A DNA stretch of 56,015 nucleotides. It comes from a virus (Duplodnaviria > Caudoviricetes). The notes beneath the pieces are model-generated. The model saw nothing but the letters and a program-made list of their open reading frames with translations, was not told where the DNA came from and searched no databases. Position 1 is the first letter of the stretch; the number at the start of each line of letters is the position of its first letter. Location: positions 1-56,015 of IMG/VR virus record IMGVR_UViG_3300046006_001695. One strand, 5' to 3'. Shown here piece by piece: positions 1 through 9,284 of this stretch. Made by a program: the position numbers and the translations under genes.

Positions 1-349
1 CACTATTATATTGTTTTTCTGTATATGCTTCTGGTGGGTCATTTTGTAAACAAATACCAATACTATATTTATTTAATCGAACCATTCCTTTATAATACGA
101 AATGCCCGCGTGGGAGGCTTCATACTTCGGGTCTATTAATTTAATAATAGTTCCATCACGTTGGATATAATAATGATAACTATTTCTTTTTTTAATTAAC
201 GTTCGTCTTGTCGATTTATATGAACCACCATCATCATAATGCAATACAATATAATTAGCCGTGGTACTTCTTGCGGTTTTCTTTGACGATAATGGTTTGT
301 TTAATAATGTTGGGACTATCAATTGTGCGATTAATAACATTTTTAGCAT
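1..349 (-). CDS. N-acetylmuramoyl-L-alanine amidase (Amidase_2-like endolysin), 3' end runs off the window
   Basis: Not in the ORF track; translated by hand: MLKMLLIAQLIVPTLLNKPLSSKKTARSTTANYIVLHYDDGG...NSYHYYIQRDGTI...EASHAG...NKYSIGICL...YTEKQY. IVLH, SYHYYI, HAG and NxxSIGI are Amidase_2 motifs. AGGAGG Shine-Dalgarno just upstream of the ATG at 349. Confidence 0.85.
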   Translation of the reverse strand, partial: MLKMLLIAQLIVPTLLNKPLSSKKTARSTTANYIVLHYDDGGSYKSTRRTLIKKRNSYHYYIQRDGTIIKLIDPKYEASHAGISYYKGMVRLNKYSIGICLQNDPPEAYTEKQYNS

Positions 350-362
350 ATATTCCTCCTAG

Positions 363-486
363 TGGCATCAGGGGATTCGAACCCCACATAGATTTCTCTA
401 AGTCCTTGGCTAGCATAGTGTGGTTGTAACATTCGGGTAGCGCCCGTATATCCACTCCTACCGTCGTCCCGACCGACTGTGATGCC
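363..486 (-). ncRNA. tRNA-like RNA (124 nt) with enlarged central domain; no assignable anticodon
   Basis: Acceptor-like stem GGCATCA/TGATGCC, canonical T arm GGGG-TTCGAAT-CCCC, D-like hairpin GTCG-GTCGGGA-CGAC, variable-arm-like hairpin TAGA-GAAA-TCTA; 62 nt lie where a ~17 nt anticodon arm should be. Confidence 0.65.
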
Positions 487-492
487 AGTTTA

Positions 493-1626
493 TTAAAATT
501 CTCCGCCGATACGAATTGACACCCCGACCGGAAAGATCGGGATGCCGTCACGGCTCAACTCTTGATATCGAACCGTCAAGAACTTACCTACCAATTCCTT
601 ACGACTGAGATATAGTTCCGCTCGATTGCTCTGAGTGCCTTCTGGGCGACAATTGAAACGGTTACCTGTATCTGTTTCCAAGATGAAAATAGCAAGGCCC
701 TTGTCACTTCCATCACCGTCAATAACGTCAACAATACGATATTCTGCATCAACAAAATCCTTTAGTTTAAGTAGTGAATAGGAACGTTTTCCAATTTCAT
801 ATTCCATCGACGGATTACGAATCATGGTTCCTTCAAATCCTTCTGACACGAACTGCGTGTGCTGTTCGTAGACTTCCGTTTCATCCATACACTCCACTGT
901 CTTCACCATCACGACATTTGGTGGGGCGTTATGCAGCAAGTCAACGATAATCTGCTGACGCATGGCGTATGGCAGTTCGTTGTCCACAATGTCATATACA
1001 TGATACATGAGTAGCGGAGATAGTTCTGGACGATACTTTTTGATAGCCTTCATACTTTCCTGCAACAACTGATTATTCGGAAGCATCAGTTCGCCATCAA
1101 GAATGAACCCACCCGTATCAAACTGAAGATGCTGAATCACTTCGGGAATAATTTCCTTGTTGCCTCGACTCCGTGCGTCAGTGCCGTTGAACAACATACG
1201 CATACCGTTGAGCTTGGGCTGAATATAGGACGGCCATTCCACCTTGTTCATATGATCCTTGAACTTGTGTGCCAACATCGGCATGGGCCAACTATCTACC
1301 TTCTCACCTTCACGATAGAATCCCGTATCCAACTGCTTCTTGATAATGGCATCAAACTCAAAGAAAGCCTGCTCTTCACTGTTCCGTTCGTTTGCTCGTC
1401 CAACATTAGTCGGTGCGGCAAAGTATGGCTCGGATTGTTGCTTCTTTGTTTCACGACCCGTTTTGGTCAACTGATACCATTCACTCTGTGTATAGAAATC
1501 AACGCGTGCAACGCGGCGACCCTCGTCATATGCGGTATCGTCTTGAAGAATATGCAACCGCCAGAACTTACGATTACCTGCCTTATTTTCAGAAATGAGC
1601 AAGTCACTACTTTTAATAATTTTCAT
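493..1626 (-). CDS. lig: ATP-dependent DNA ligase
   Basis: Motif I QPKLNGMR, LDGEL, YHVYD, EGTMIR, LLKLKDF and a C-terminal OB fold (LTVRYQELSRDGIPIFP). Start placed at ATG 1626 because it forms an ATGA overlap with the upstream small ORF; the open frame extends to 1635. Confidence 0.93.
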   Translation of the reverse strand: MKIIKSSDLLISENKAGNRKFWRLHILQDDTAYDEGRRVARVDFYTQSEWYQLTKTGRETKKQQSEPYFAAPTNVGRANERNSEEQAFFEFDAIIKKQLDTGFYREGEKVDSWPMPMLAHKFKDHMNKVEWPSYIQPKLNGMRMLFNGTDARSRGNKEIIPEVIQHLQFDTGGFILDGELMLPNNQLLQESMKAIKKYRPELSPLLMYHVYDIVDNELPYAMRQQIIVDLLHNAPPNVVMVKTVECMDETEVYEQHTQFVSEGFEGTMIRNPSMEYEIGKRSYSLLKLKDFVDAEYRIVDVIDGDGSDKGLAIFILETDTGNRFNCRPEGTQSNRAELYLSRKELVGKFLTVRYQELSRDGIPIFPVGVSIRIGGEF

Positions 1627-1724
1627 CGAAACCACCGTTTAAAAAGTTTACCAATTCCCATCAAAAGAAGGCCTACACCAAACACCATCAATCCCCAGTA
1701 CTCATCCATAGAATCATCAATCAT
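1623..1724 (-). CDS. small single-pass membrane protein (33 aa)
   Basis: Hand translation MIDDSMDEYWGLMVFGVGLLLMGIGKLFKRWFR: acidic N-terminus, hydrophobic helix, basic tail. Abuts the upstream stop and overlaps the ligase start (ATGA). Confidence 0.6.
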   Translation of the reverse strand: MIDDSMDEYWGLMVFGVGLLLMGIGKLFKRWFR

Positions 1725-1856
1725 TTAGTTATTTCTCAGGTTGTTAGATGTACATGAACACATACCTTGACACTTGGGACAATCACATTCACCATAGGAA
1801 TATGCCGTGCAATGGCGGGAGAGCAACTTAAAGTATTTGATACAGTACTTACACAT
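1725..1856 (-). CDS. small Cys-rich protein (43 aa, 8 Cys), probable metal binder
   Basis: MCKYCIKYFKLLSRHCTAYSYGECDCPKCQGMCSCTSNNLRNN; GAGG Shine-Dalgarno and a sigma70-type promoter directly upstream of ATG 1856. Confidence 0.6.
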   Translation of the reverse strand: MCKYCIKYFKLLSRHCTAYSYGECDCPKCQGMCSCTSNNLRNN

Positions 1857-1884
1857 ATTTTGACCTCGGTTGTGGTATACTAGT

Positions 1885-1913
1885 AATATAACTGATCTTG
1901 CCCCAAAAGTCAA
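1885..1913 (-). promoter_or_regulatory. sigma70-type promoter
   Basis: TTGACT-N17-TATATT on the minus strand; the -35 sits in the loop of the inverted repeat TTGCCCC/GGGGCAA (1898-1920). Confidence 0.7.
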
Positions 1914-1929
1914 GGGGCAAAATTATCTA

Positions 1930-4449
1930 TTAAAAGGAGAAGAAATCGTTCGCATTCTGGTTAATTTCCGTTGGGATATTTCCCCATTTTAACGCCGTAT
2001 AAAAGTCATCCAATTTATTCCGTAATTCATTTTCAAATAACGCATCCGTATCAATATATTCGGTAACCATTTCCACGATTTGTGGTGGGTCTTGGTATCC
2101 CTTAATTGCCAATGTGTCAATGTGCAACGGATTGTCCTTCAGATATACATACTTAATCTTTGCACCATCTGCGATGGGTTCATATCGTGTTTGAATATCG
2201 AAGTGCGTCAATAACCTGTTATACACAATTGCTGCCTTAATATGTGCAGGAGTTCCTTTCTTGAATCGGTTGATTCCTCCACCGCCCTCCCCTGCGGCAA
2301 ACTGACTGATATTATTTGCCGATGTATTTCGTGCAACTTCTAAATAATGACGAGTCTTCAATGAAGTTTTTAACGCAAGAATCTTCTCGTCTAATTCGTT
2401 CTTATCTACTCTGCCCAAAATATCTGTCAACATCTGCGTCATGAATTCCCGAAATGCTTTGGGGAACGATGACCTTACGACATCTAATCCCTTCACGACA
2501 AGTTTACTGACGTTCTGACGGGTTTCCAAATCATACACCTTGTCCAATGCATATCGCTTCTTAGCGACCCAGAATCCCGTCTTAGCGACACTTTCTCCCT
2601 TAATATGGAACTTATGACTATCGCAATTGAACATACGTTTTGCCATAGAATCATAGAACTTATTCAGTCCACTTTCCATGTCATACGCAATGTCAATGGT
2701 TGCCGCAAGAGCATCGGTGGAACCCTCAGTAAACAATGGCTTTGCTGGAAAGTACACTGAGTCCGTATCGACATACACACAATGGTCTTTCTTCTCACCA
2801 GTTGCCTTTTCGTATTTCAAATTGATAAACTTGGCTGTCGTCTTAATTACATCTTGCCCCGTCAATGTTACTGCAGCAGCATTGTCTACGTCATAGAAAC
2901 GGAACACGGGTAATCCCAGCACACCATACAATGAGTTCAAGAAAATCTTTTGAATATGTTGCCGCTGATCGTAATAAGCAGCCTGCACCTTATCACCGTC
3001 GTTAGTATACTTCTTCATCAGATTCTTATATTCCACACGTTTAGCAAACCATTCTTCTAATACCTCTGGGATAATTCCCTTTGATATTGTACTATACAAT
3101 ACACCATTAGACGCCATCGTGAGATTATTCTCTTGTATAAACTGGACGAACGCATCATACTCTAATTCTACTGTCGTATCATTACCCATTTCTTGAACCA
3201 CATACGCAACAATTTCTTTACGGAAATGTTGCTCCATGTCAAAGTTCAATACTTTGGCTACCTTGGTTTCTGGACTGATATTGAGGCTCATAATAATACT
3301 GGGATACAGCGATTGCAAATCGAGCGAATATACCCAATCATACAATCCCGGCACAGGTTCTTGTACATATGCTCCCGCAAATCCTTCTCTATCACCCATT
3401 GCATCCATCTGTTCTCTACCATCCTTGGGTTTATCGGTCACGATAATTCCCTTGCGATGCAGATAGGTAACAATAGTACCTTCAAGGAAACGGGAACTCA
3501 TGCCATAGTCTTCGTATGGCACGTGTCCAATGTGACAGATACCTCGTACAAGGTCGATGAGATTCAGTTTCTTATCTAGGTCAACGATAATGCGCACGTC
3601 CTGTAAGTTGTACTCAATAAATTTATCCAAGTCATCTCGGAACAAATCATCAAGAGAACCTTCGTAGTCTACCTTGCCCATACCCACTTCCAATCGTCCA
3701 ATCGTATCAAGACGATAATTGGGTTGTTGGGTATACGTGAACTTCTTATACAGGTCTAAATAATCCAATGACGATACTCCAGCAATTTTATATCGTTCCA
3801 TGCGTTCGGAATATTTCACGCGGCCAATAGGACTCAATCTGTTTGCCGTGCCTTTTCCACACACTTGACGAATGCGATTGTATAGATAGGGTACGTCGAA
3901 TCCGTTACTATTCCATCCACTGATAATGGTGGGGCGGATTTGTTCATATGAATTAATAAACTTATGAAGCAGATCTACTTCATCCATACAGAAATGTACG
4001 GATGCTTCTTCAGATTCACGATCTGTATACAATCCACGCTTGTCCAGTACAAAGACTTCATATTTCTTTACGAGAGGATCGTATAATGCAATAGAAGTAA
4101 TTTCATTATTTGGGTTCTTGGTATTCGGAATACCATTTTCCATTGACACCTCAATGTCAAAGAATAAGGTGATATTCCCTTCGGACGAGGTATCTTCGTT
4201 CAGATATAAATCTGTAAGAACGCGAGTTTCTTTTGGAAGGTCACTCTCAAATACATTGGGGGTACCACGGATGAAGCGCCTCGTTTTACTGAGGCGTTCT
4301 CCTGTCATACTGATATACTTTCCTTTGGGGTCACGGACGTATGCGTAATTAAAGTCAGACAATGGTAGAGTAATAAGTCCCTGCGCATCATCCCAAATAT
4401 ATACTACTTGTTCGTCTGATGTTGAGTCGATAAAAATATTTTGATACAT
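1930..4449 (-). CDS. family B DNA polymerase (gp43-like) with 3'-5' exonuclease
   Basis: Exo motifs FFDIE, GWNSNGFD, YNLQD; polymerase motifs DLQSLYPSII, KIFLNSLYG, YVDTDS, KKRY, KGLD. Confidence 0.97.
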   Translation of the reverse strand: MYQNIFIDSTSDEQVVYIWDDAQGLITLPLSDFNYAYVRDPKGKYISMTGERLSKTRRFIRGTPNVFESDLPKETRVLTDLYLNEDTSSEGNITLFFDIEVSMENGIPNTKNPNNEITSIALYDPLVKKYEVFVLDKRGLYTDRESEEASVHFCMDEVDLLHKFINSYEQIRPTIISGWNSNGFDVPYLYNRIRQVCGKGTANRLSPIGRVKYSERMERYKIAGVSSLDYLDLYKKFTYTQQPNYRLDTIGRLEVGMGKVDYEGSLDDLFRDDLDKFIEYNLQDVRIIVDLDKKLNLIDLVRGICHIGHVPYEDYGMSSRFLEGTIVTYLHRKGIIVTDKPKDGREQMDAMGDREGFAGAYVQEPVPGLYDWVYSLDLQSLYPSIIMSLNISPETKVAKVLNFDMEQHFRKEIVAYVVQEMGNDTTVELEYDAFVQFIQENNLTMASNGVLYSTISKGIIPEVLEEWFAKRVEYKNLMKKYTNDGDKVQAAYYDQRQHIQKIFLNSLYGVLGLPVFRFYDVDNAAAVTLTGQDVIKTTAKFINLKYEKATGEKKDHCVYVDTDSVYFPAKPLFTEGSTDALAATIDIAYDMESGLNKFYDSMAKRMFNCDSHKFHIKGESVAKTGFWVAKKRYALDKVYDLETRQNVSKLVVKGLDVVRSSFPKAFREFMTQMLTDILGRVDKNELDEKILALKTSLKTRHYLEVARNTSANNISQFAAGEGGGGINRFKKGTPAHIKAAIVYNRLLTHFDIQTRYEPIADGAKIKYVYLKDNPLHIDTLAIKGYQDPPQIVEMVTEYIDTDALFENELRNKLDDFYTALKWGNIPTEINQNANDFFSF

Positions 4450-4479
4450 GTAACCCCTTAAATGAGAAGAACTACGTTA

Positions 4480-4508
4480 AGTATATATCACCACAGTACT
4501 TATGTCAA
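4480..4508 (-). promoter_or_regulatory. sigma70-type promoter for the DNA polymerase
   Basis: TTGACA-N17-TATACT about 30 nt upstream of the polymerase ATG. Confidence 0.75.
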
Positions 4509-4924
4509 GTCCCTGTGGAACCAAATCCACCAGTTCCTCGTTCGTCCGCCGACACTAATTCGTCTACTTCTTCGGGGTTGAAGTTTACGGTGGGGATGAG
4601 AATGAGTTGTGCAATTTTTTCTCCGACCATAATACGCTCAAATCCATCCGTGGAGTTATGTAAGGCAATCAGTATTTCTCCGATATATCCATTATCAATT
4701 ACACCGGCCACCACGAATAAATTTCGTTTGGTAGCAACTGATGAACGGTCCCGAAGTAATCCACCATATCCTTCTGGGAACTGAATGGCGATACCCGTAG
4801 ATACTAACCTTGTTTGCCCTGCCATTAAAATTACTTCTTCAGAAGCATATAAATCATATCCCAAATCACCTGCGTGCGCCTTGTGTGGCAGTACTGAATT
4901 TTCTGATAACCGTTTAACTTTCAT
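4505..4924 (-). CDS. dut: trimeric dUTPase
   Basis: GYDL, RSS, GVIDNGYIGE, KIAQL and RGTGGFGSTG motifs. Confidence 0.96.
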   Translation of the reverse strand: MKVKRLSENSVLPHKAHAGDLGYDLYASEEVILMAGQTRLVSTGIAIQFPEGYGGLLRDRSSVATKRNLFVVAGVIDNGYIGEILIALHNSTDGFERIMVGEKIAQLILIPTVNFNPEEVDELVSADERGTGGFGSTGT

Positions 4925-5302
4925 TTATTCCTTCTCCTGAAATTTCTTTAGTGTTTCGTATATTGCGTCTTGCACAAACTGCTTCATAGTTTCTTCATCT
5001 CCGCCGCCAGTCTTTTCTATAACTTGATCACTGCGACAAAATACTTTGAAATGTGGAACGCCCTGTATACCCCACGTTTCTCTACAATGGACTTTTTGTT
5101 CTTCTGGGGCCCACGCATTTATCTTAAAAAATTGAATGTGTGCACCTTTTTCTGTATAGAAATTAGCAACCGCTTCATAGTTAGGCAGTGTTGCCTTGCA
5201 CGGACCACAGGTTTCTCCATAAAACATAATGACATACATATCATTATATGTTTTTATTGGAACGCCGGTGGTCATTTCTTTCATGGTAATTTCAGTAACC
5301 AT
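4925..5302 (-). CDS. thioredoxin-like protein
   Basis: FYGETCGPCK active site and GVP cis-Pro motif. Confidence 0.85.
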   Translation of the reverse strand: MVTEITMKEMTTGVPIKTYNDMYVIMFYGETCGPCKATLPNYEAVANFYTEKGAHIQFFKINAWAPEEQKVHCRETWGIQGVPHFKVFCRSDQVIEKTGGGDEETMKQFVQDAIYETLKKFQEKE

Positions 5303-5309
5303 ACTTTCC

Positions 5310-5699
5310 TCACTTAATATAACGTTTTAATGTTGCTTTTATATCTTTGATATTATTATTAATTTCATGTTCCCAAAAATATAATACTTTGTAACCCAAC
5401 CGTTCTAAATCACGTTTTCGTTGTTCGTCACGTTTCCAGATTTCTGCTGCAGTTTTTTTCTTCCCACGGTTGTAATAATCCGCGGAATATCTGGCTGGAT
5501 TACAATGCCAGTAATCCCCATAACATTCTATAATATACTTCTCGTCAATCAAAAAGTCAACATTATAATTATCAATTGTTGCTTGAGATTCATACGAAAG
5601 ATTCATTGAATGTAATACACTCATCATTTTTTGTTCAATTGCATTCAACGAACTTTTTTCCTTTTTTACTTCCTTTTTACGCCCCATCTCTCGCTGCAT
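5310..5699 (-). CDS. DUF559/Vsr-like PD-(D/E)xK endonuclease
   Basis: VDFLI...IIECYGDYWH...D..R...L...GYKVLYFWE pattern; likely start at MGRKKE (5687). Confidence 0.8.
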   Translation of the reverse strand: MQREMGRKKEVKKEKSSLNAIEQKMMSVLHSMNLSYESQATIDNYNVDFLIDEKYIIECYGDYWHCNPARYSADYYNRGKKKTAAEIWKRDEQRKRDLERLGYKVLYFWEHEINNNIKDIKATLKRYIK

Positions 5700-5946
5700 T
5701 AATGGCGGTAATATACTTTTGTTTACTTTGTACTCCTACAAATTTTTCAATTAGTACATTATCCTTTTCAATGATAACGGTGGGAACGGTTCGAATAGAA
5801 TATAACTGTGCAATAGATGGCTTCTCTTCTACGTCGATGGAAATAAACGTTGCATCAAGCGTCATGTCCTCTAACTCCCGAAATACAGGAGCTAACGCCC
5901 TACAAGGGCCGCACCACGGTGCGCTAAATTTAGTAACGGTAATCAT
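5677..5946 (-). CDS. trxA: thioredoxin
   Basis: FSAPWCGPC and TVPT motifs, 89 aa. Confidence 0.93.
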   Translation of the reverse strand: MITVTKFSAPWCGPCRALAPVFRELEDMTLDATFISIDVEEKPSIAQLYSIRTVPTVIIEKDNVLIEKFVGVQSKQKYITAINAARDGA

Positions 5947-6671
5947 TTGTGAAACTCCTTTATACTGATATTATTATTATGGTCTATTACAATTGCGGTT
6001 AAACTCTCCACCCAATCACCGGAATTCAAATAATGTATTCCCGCAATTTGTCTATTTTCTGGTTGGTGAATATGTCCACAGATAACCCCATCACAATTAT
6101 GTTGCTTTGCAAGTTTTGTTGCCGTTACTTCAAAATCTGTGATGTAGTTTACTGCCGCCTTCACACCTTTTTTAATGTCTTTGGAAATGGAGTAATACGG
6201 TAACTTCCTCCACTTCCTCCACTTATTGTACCATGTATTTAATTTTAATGCTAAGTCATACCCACGACCGCCTATTTTTGCAATCCATTTCCATTTAGAA
6301 ACAAATACATCTAGGATATCTCCGTGAAAAATAAAATATCTTTTTCCTTCACCTAAATCCAAGATATAATTTTCTTCTACCTGTAGTTTGCCTAAATGCA
6401 TATGCATAAAATCATGTAAAAATTCGTCATGATTTCCACGAATCCATACCACAGGTATTTTTCTGGAGATATCCAACACTTTGGAAATTACCTTGGTGTG
6501 TTTACTTCTCCATCGCTGTCCCCGAGAAATTGCCCACCCGTCCACAAAGTCTCCGTTGATAATTAGAATGTCGGTATGGTGGGTGTTTAAAAATTCCAAA
6601 AATTCTGCTGCTTTACTATTGTCTGTTCCTAAATGTACATCGGATACTATGATAGCTTTATATCGTGTCAT
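5943..6671 (-). CDS. calcineurin-like metallophosphoesterase, LpxH/PlcP-like (usually annotated UDP-2,3-diacylglucosamine hydrolase)
   Basis: SDVHLG, GDFVDGW, GNHDE, FHGD, CGHIH and NSGDWVES motifs. Confidence 0.88.
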   Translation of the reverse strand: MTRYKAIIVSDVHLGTDNSKAAEFLEFLNTHHTDILIINGDFVDGWAISRGQRWRSKHTKVISKVLDISRKIPVVWIRGNHDEFLHDFMHMHLGKLQVEENYILDLGEGKRYFIFHGDILDVFVSKWKWIAKIGGRGYDLALKLNTWYNKWRKWRKLPYYSISKDIKKGVKAAVNYITDFEVTATKLAKQHNCDGVICGHIHQPENRQIAGIHYLNSGDWVESLTAIVIDHNNNISIKEFHK

Positions 6672-6673
6672 AA

Positions 6674-7387
6674 TTAGTTCCAGTAGTTAACTGTAGTTTT
6701 TTCAAAATATGCTAGGTTATTTCGGTTGAAGAAGTTTACTGTCATATACCACAACATTCCCAAATAACCCAACTTTTTAAATCGGCGTTCGTCTTGACCA
6801 AAATAATGATTTACAATTTTAAACTTAGTTGAATCATATTGCTTGCTTAAAATATAATCTTCGGAGGTATCATATTTATTTGGAAATCCTCCGAACACTT
6901 CAAACATACTGCGACGAGTCAAGAAAAATGCACCAATTGCAAACGGTGTAAACTTTGTCATGACTTTGTTACATAGACTAAACAGATAGAATAAAATAGA
7001 TGCTCTCCATTCAGTTCCATAGTTTTTTGGGCTCAATGTAACTAAATCTAAATTTTCTTGATGTATACATTGTACAGCATCATATATTGCAGCTGTCGAA
7101 AATAACCGAACATCTGCATCAAGAAATAAAATATATGGAGTAGTAACTAATTTGGCACCATTGTTTCTTCCCTCTGAAACCTGTCCACCTTGAATTATCT
7201 CAATGTTCAATCCATGTGACCAATTCTTAATGATATTTCGGGTGTTGTCTGTAGAATCTGCATCGGCAATAATAATTCGTACTTCTCCAATTTCCACCGA
7301 GAGAAATAAATCTCCCAACAAGTGTCCAATATATTTTTCTTCGTTTTTACAAGGAATAACAATGGTGACCAAATCTTTTAACTTCAT
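6674..7387 (-). CDS. glycosyltransferase family 2
   Basis: VTIVIPCKNEE, DADSTDNT, RNNGA, FLDAD, GGF and ED motifs. Confidence 0.92.
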   Translation of the reverse strand: MKLKDLVTIVIPCKNEEKYIGHLLGDLFLSVEIGEVRIIIADADSTDNTRNIIKNWSHGLNIEIIQGGQVSEGRNNGAKLVTTPYILFLDADVRLFSTAAIYDAVQCIHQENLDLVTLSPKNYGTEWRASILFYLFSLCNKVMTKFTPFAIGAFFLTRRSMFEVFGGFPNKYDTSEDYILSKQYDSTKFKIVNHYFGQDERRFKKLGYLGMLWYMTVNFFNRNNLAYFEKTTVNYWN

Positions 7388-9243
7388 ACTACTTCACACC
7401 CGGCGCCGCCACACGCAAGTTCGCCAGATAAATCAGTAGTATCATCTAACTCCACCACCTGACTTAAATCAATATTATGAAGGTGTCCCACCAATTCTTC
7501 GTAATGTTCTGGGGTGATGTCTTCGAACGGCGCTTGAATATAGGTGTGTTCCGAATGCGGTAAAACACTTAATGCGGTGAAGTGCTCCTTATTCGTCCAC
7601 ATCCATTCTCCAACTTCTTCCCATTCGTTTGACTTAATCGTCACGGTGACCGATACATTGTTCTTATTTTCACCCTTACGATGACCGGGCTTCACCCACT
7701 CCTTCCATACCTTACTGACACGGGCGAGTAAGTCTAGAGCCGATTCCTGACGAGTTACCGCCCCGTCTGGAGCCTTCTGGGGCACAGAAATAACTGCTTG
7801 TTGGTTTGGCTTGAAGTATTCATCTTCCAACAATTCTGGATGATTAATCAACAGATAGGTATAAATACTTTCGTTCTTACCCACCCGAATACGACGGATA
7901 TAATGTTCATTGTGCCATGCGTGAATGCCCGACGAGGAACCCAACACCAGTGACGAAGTACCACTTGGCTTGACCGTCGTTGTTCGTGCAGCCTTGTTAA
8001 TACCAATCATTCCAGCCACTCGTTCGTTTTCTGCCTTCACCACATTTGCTGCTTCCTTCATATCCAACTTCAATACGGCACCAGACGCAATACCCGTCAT
8101 ACCAACGCCAATTAACGCTTCACGTTCAGTGGTCCGTTTCCAGATATCACGAAGATAATGGAAATTGGTATAACTTGCCTGTAACGTTCCAATGAACGCT
8201 GCTGCTCTTGCCCGTGCATTATAATCGTCTTGGTCAACAATATCAGATGCATTGATTTCACAGAGGTTACAGAACTGGAATGGACGGAGGCTGATTTCCG
8301 CACAAGGATTCAATCCCCATGCCGCATCATTCGTAAAGAAGAATCCAGGTTCGCCAGAACCACTCAATTCAATCTTCTTCCAGAGATCAAGGAAGATTTC
8401 CTTTTCAATCTTGTGACGAACAATCACCGCAGAGTTATTTGCACGGCCACGTTGTGCTTCATTCTCCCACCAGTTGCCAAACTTGCACGTGAGCATATCG
8501 TCATCGTCAAGGTCAAACAACGCAATCATTGCCGACCGACGAATACCGCCCGACAATACCGCATCTGCAATATAACACATAATGTCATGCACTTCCAATG
8601 TGGTGAGTTGTTCACCATTTGCCTTGCGGTCCAATACCTTTTGGATATTGTGAAGGCAATCCTTCAATGGTTCAGCACCGGGCGCCTTCCCGCCCGCCGT
8701 AATCAACATTGCACCCTTTGGACGAATGTCACGGAAGTCAAACAATGGATATGCCTTGCCCTTCATGTAAGCAGTCACTAACACCTTCACGGCATCTGCC
8801 CATCCTTCGATGCTATCCGCAACAAGGTAACGACGAGACTTGGTTGGTTTATTAATTTCTGGGAGCTTTTCTACGTGCTGACGTTGTACGGAATATCCCA
8901 CACCAGTTCCCGACAATAATAGGAACATGATTTCACTGAATGCGTCACTGTGGTCTACGGGAAGAAAACAACAATTGTATAAACGAGTATTGTTTAAATC
9001 AACTGGCTTTCCCGCAAACTGCAAGGAACGCATCGATGGGAGGATTTTCTTATCATATACAAATGTATATGCGGCATCAATTTCCTCTTTCAACTGAGGG
9101 AACTTCTCTAGATGCATGTTTTTGTTTCTATCAACTAACTCTGTCCATGTTTCTCTACGTTGCTTGTCTGGCAGGTACTTACTGTACTTCATAAAAGTCG
9201 TAATGGCCGACAATAATTTTGATTCTAGCTGCATTTCGGGCAA
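7384..9243 (-). CDS. nrdJ: class II (adenosylcobalamin-dependent) ribonucleotide reductase
   Basis: PSMRSLQF, YNCC, GTGVG, GGIRRSA, NPCAE, TVKPSGT and C-terminal ACGGAGCE; no beta-subunit gene adjacent. Confidence 0.9.
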   Translation of the reverse strand: MPEMQLESKLLSAITTFMKYSKYLPDKQRRETWTELVDRNKNMHLEKFPQLKEEIDAAYTFVYDKKILPSMRSLQFAGKPVDLNNTRLYNCCFLPVDHSDAFSEIMFLLLSGTGVGYSVQRQHVEKLPEINKPTKSRRYLVADSIEGWADAVKVLVTAYMKGKAYPLFDFRDIRPKGAMLITAGGKAPGAEPLKDCLHNIQKVLDRKANGEQLTTLEVHDIMCYIADAVLSGGIRRSAMIALFDLDDDDMLTCKFGNWWENEAQRGRANNSAVIVRHKIEKEIFLDLWKKIELSGSGEPGFFFTNDAAWGLNPCAEISLRPFQFCNLCEINASDIVDQDDYNARARAAAFIGTLQASYTNFHYLRDIWKRTTEREALIGVGMTGIASGAVLKLDMKEAANVVKAENERVAGMIGINKAARTTTVKPSGTSSLVLGSSSGIHAWHNEHYIRRIRVGKNESIYTYLLINHPELLEDEYFKPNQQAVISVPQKAPDGAVTRQESALDLLARVSKVWKEWVKPGHRKGENKNNVSVTVTIKSNEWEEVGEWMWTNKEHFTALSVLPHSEHTYIQAPFEDITPEHYEELVGHLHNIDLSQVVELDDTTDLSGELACGGAGCEVV

Positions 9244-9284
9244 TCTCCGAGCGGTTTAGGTTCATTGGTTCTAATAATTATCAC

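Noticed and set aside
255-551. 98 aa minus-strand ORF from the track
   Set aside because: It overlaps the ligase end, the tRNA-like RNA and the amidase in another frame; the amidase frame has the motifs and the Shine-Dalgarno.
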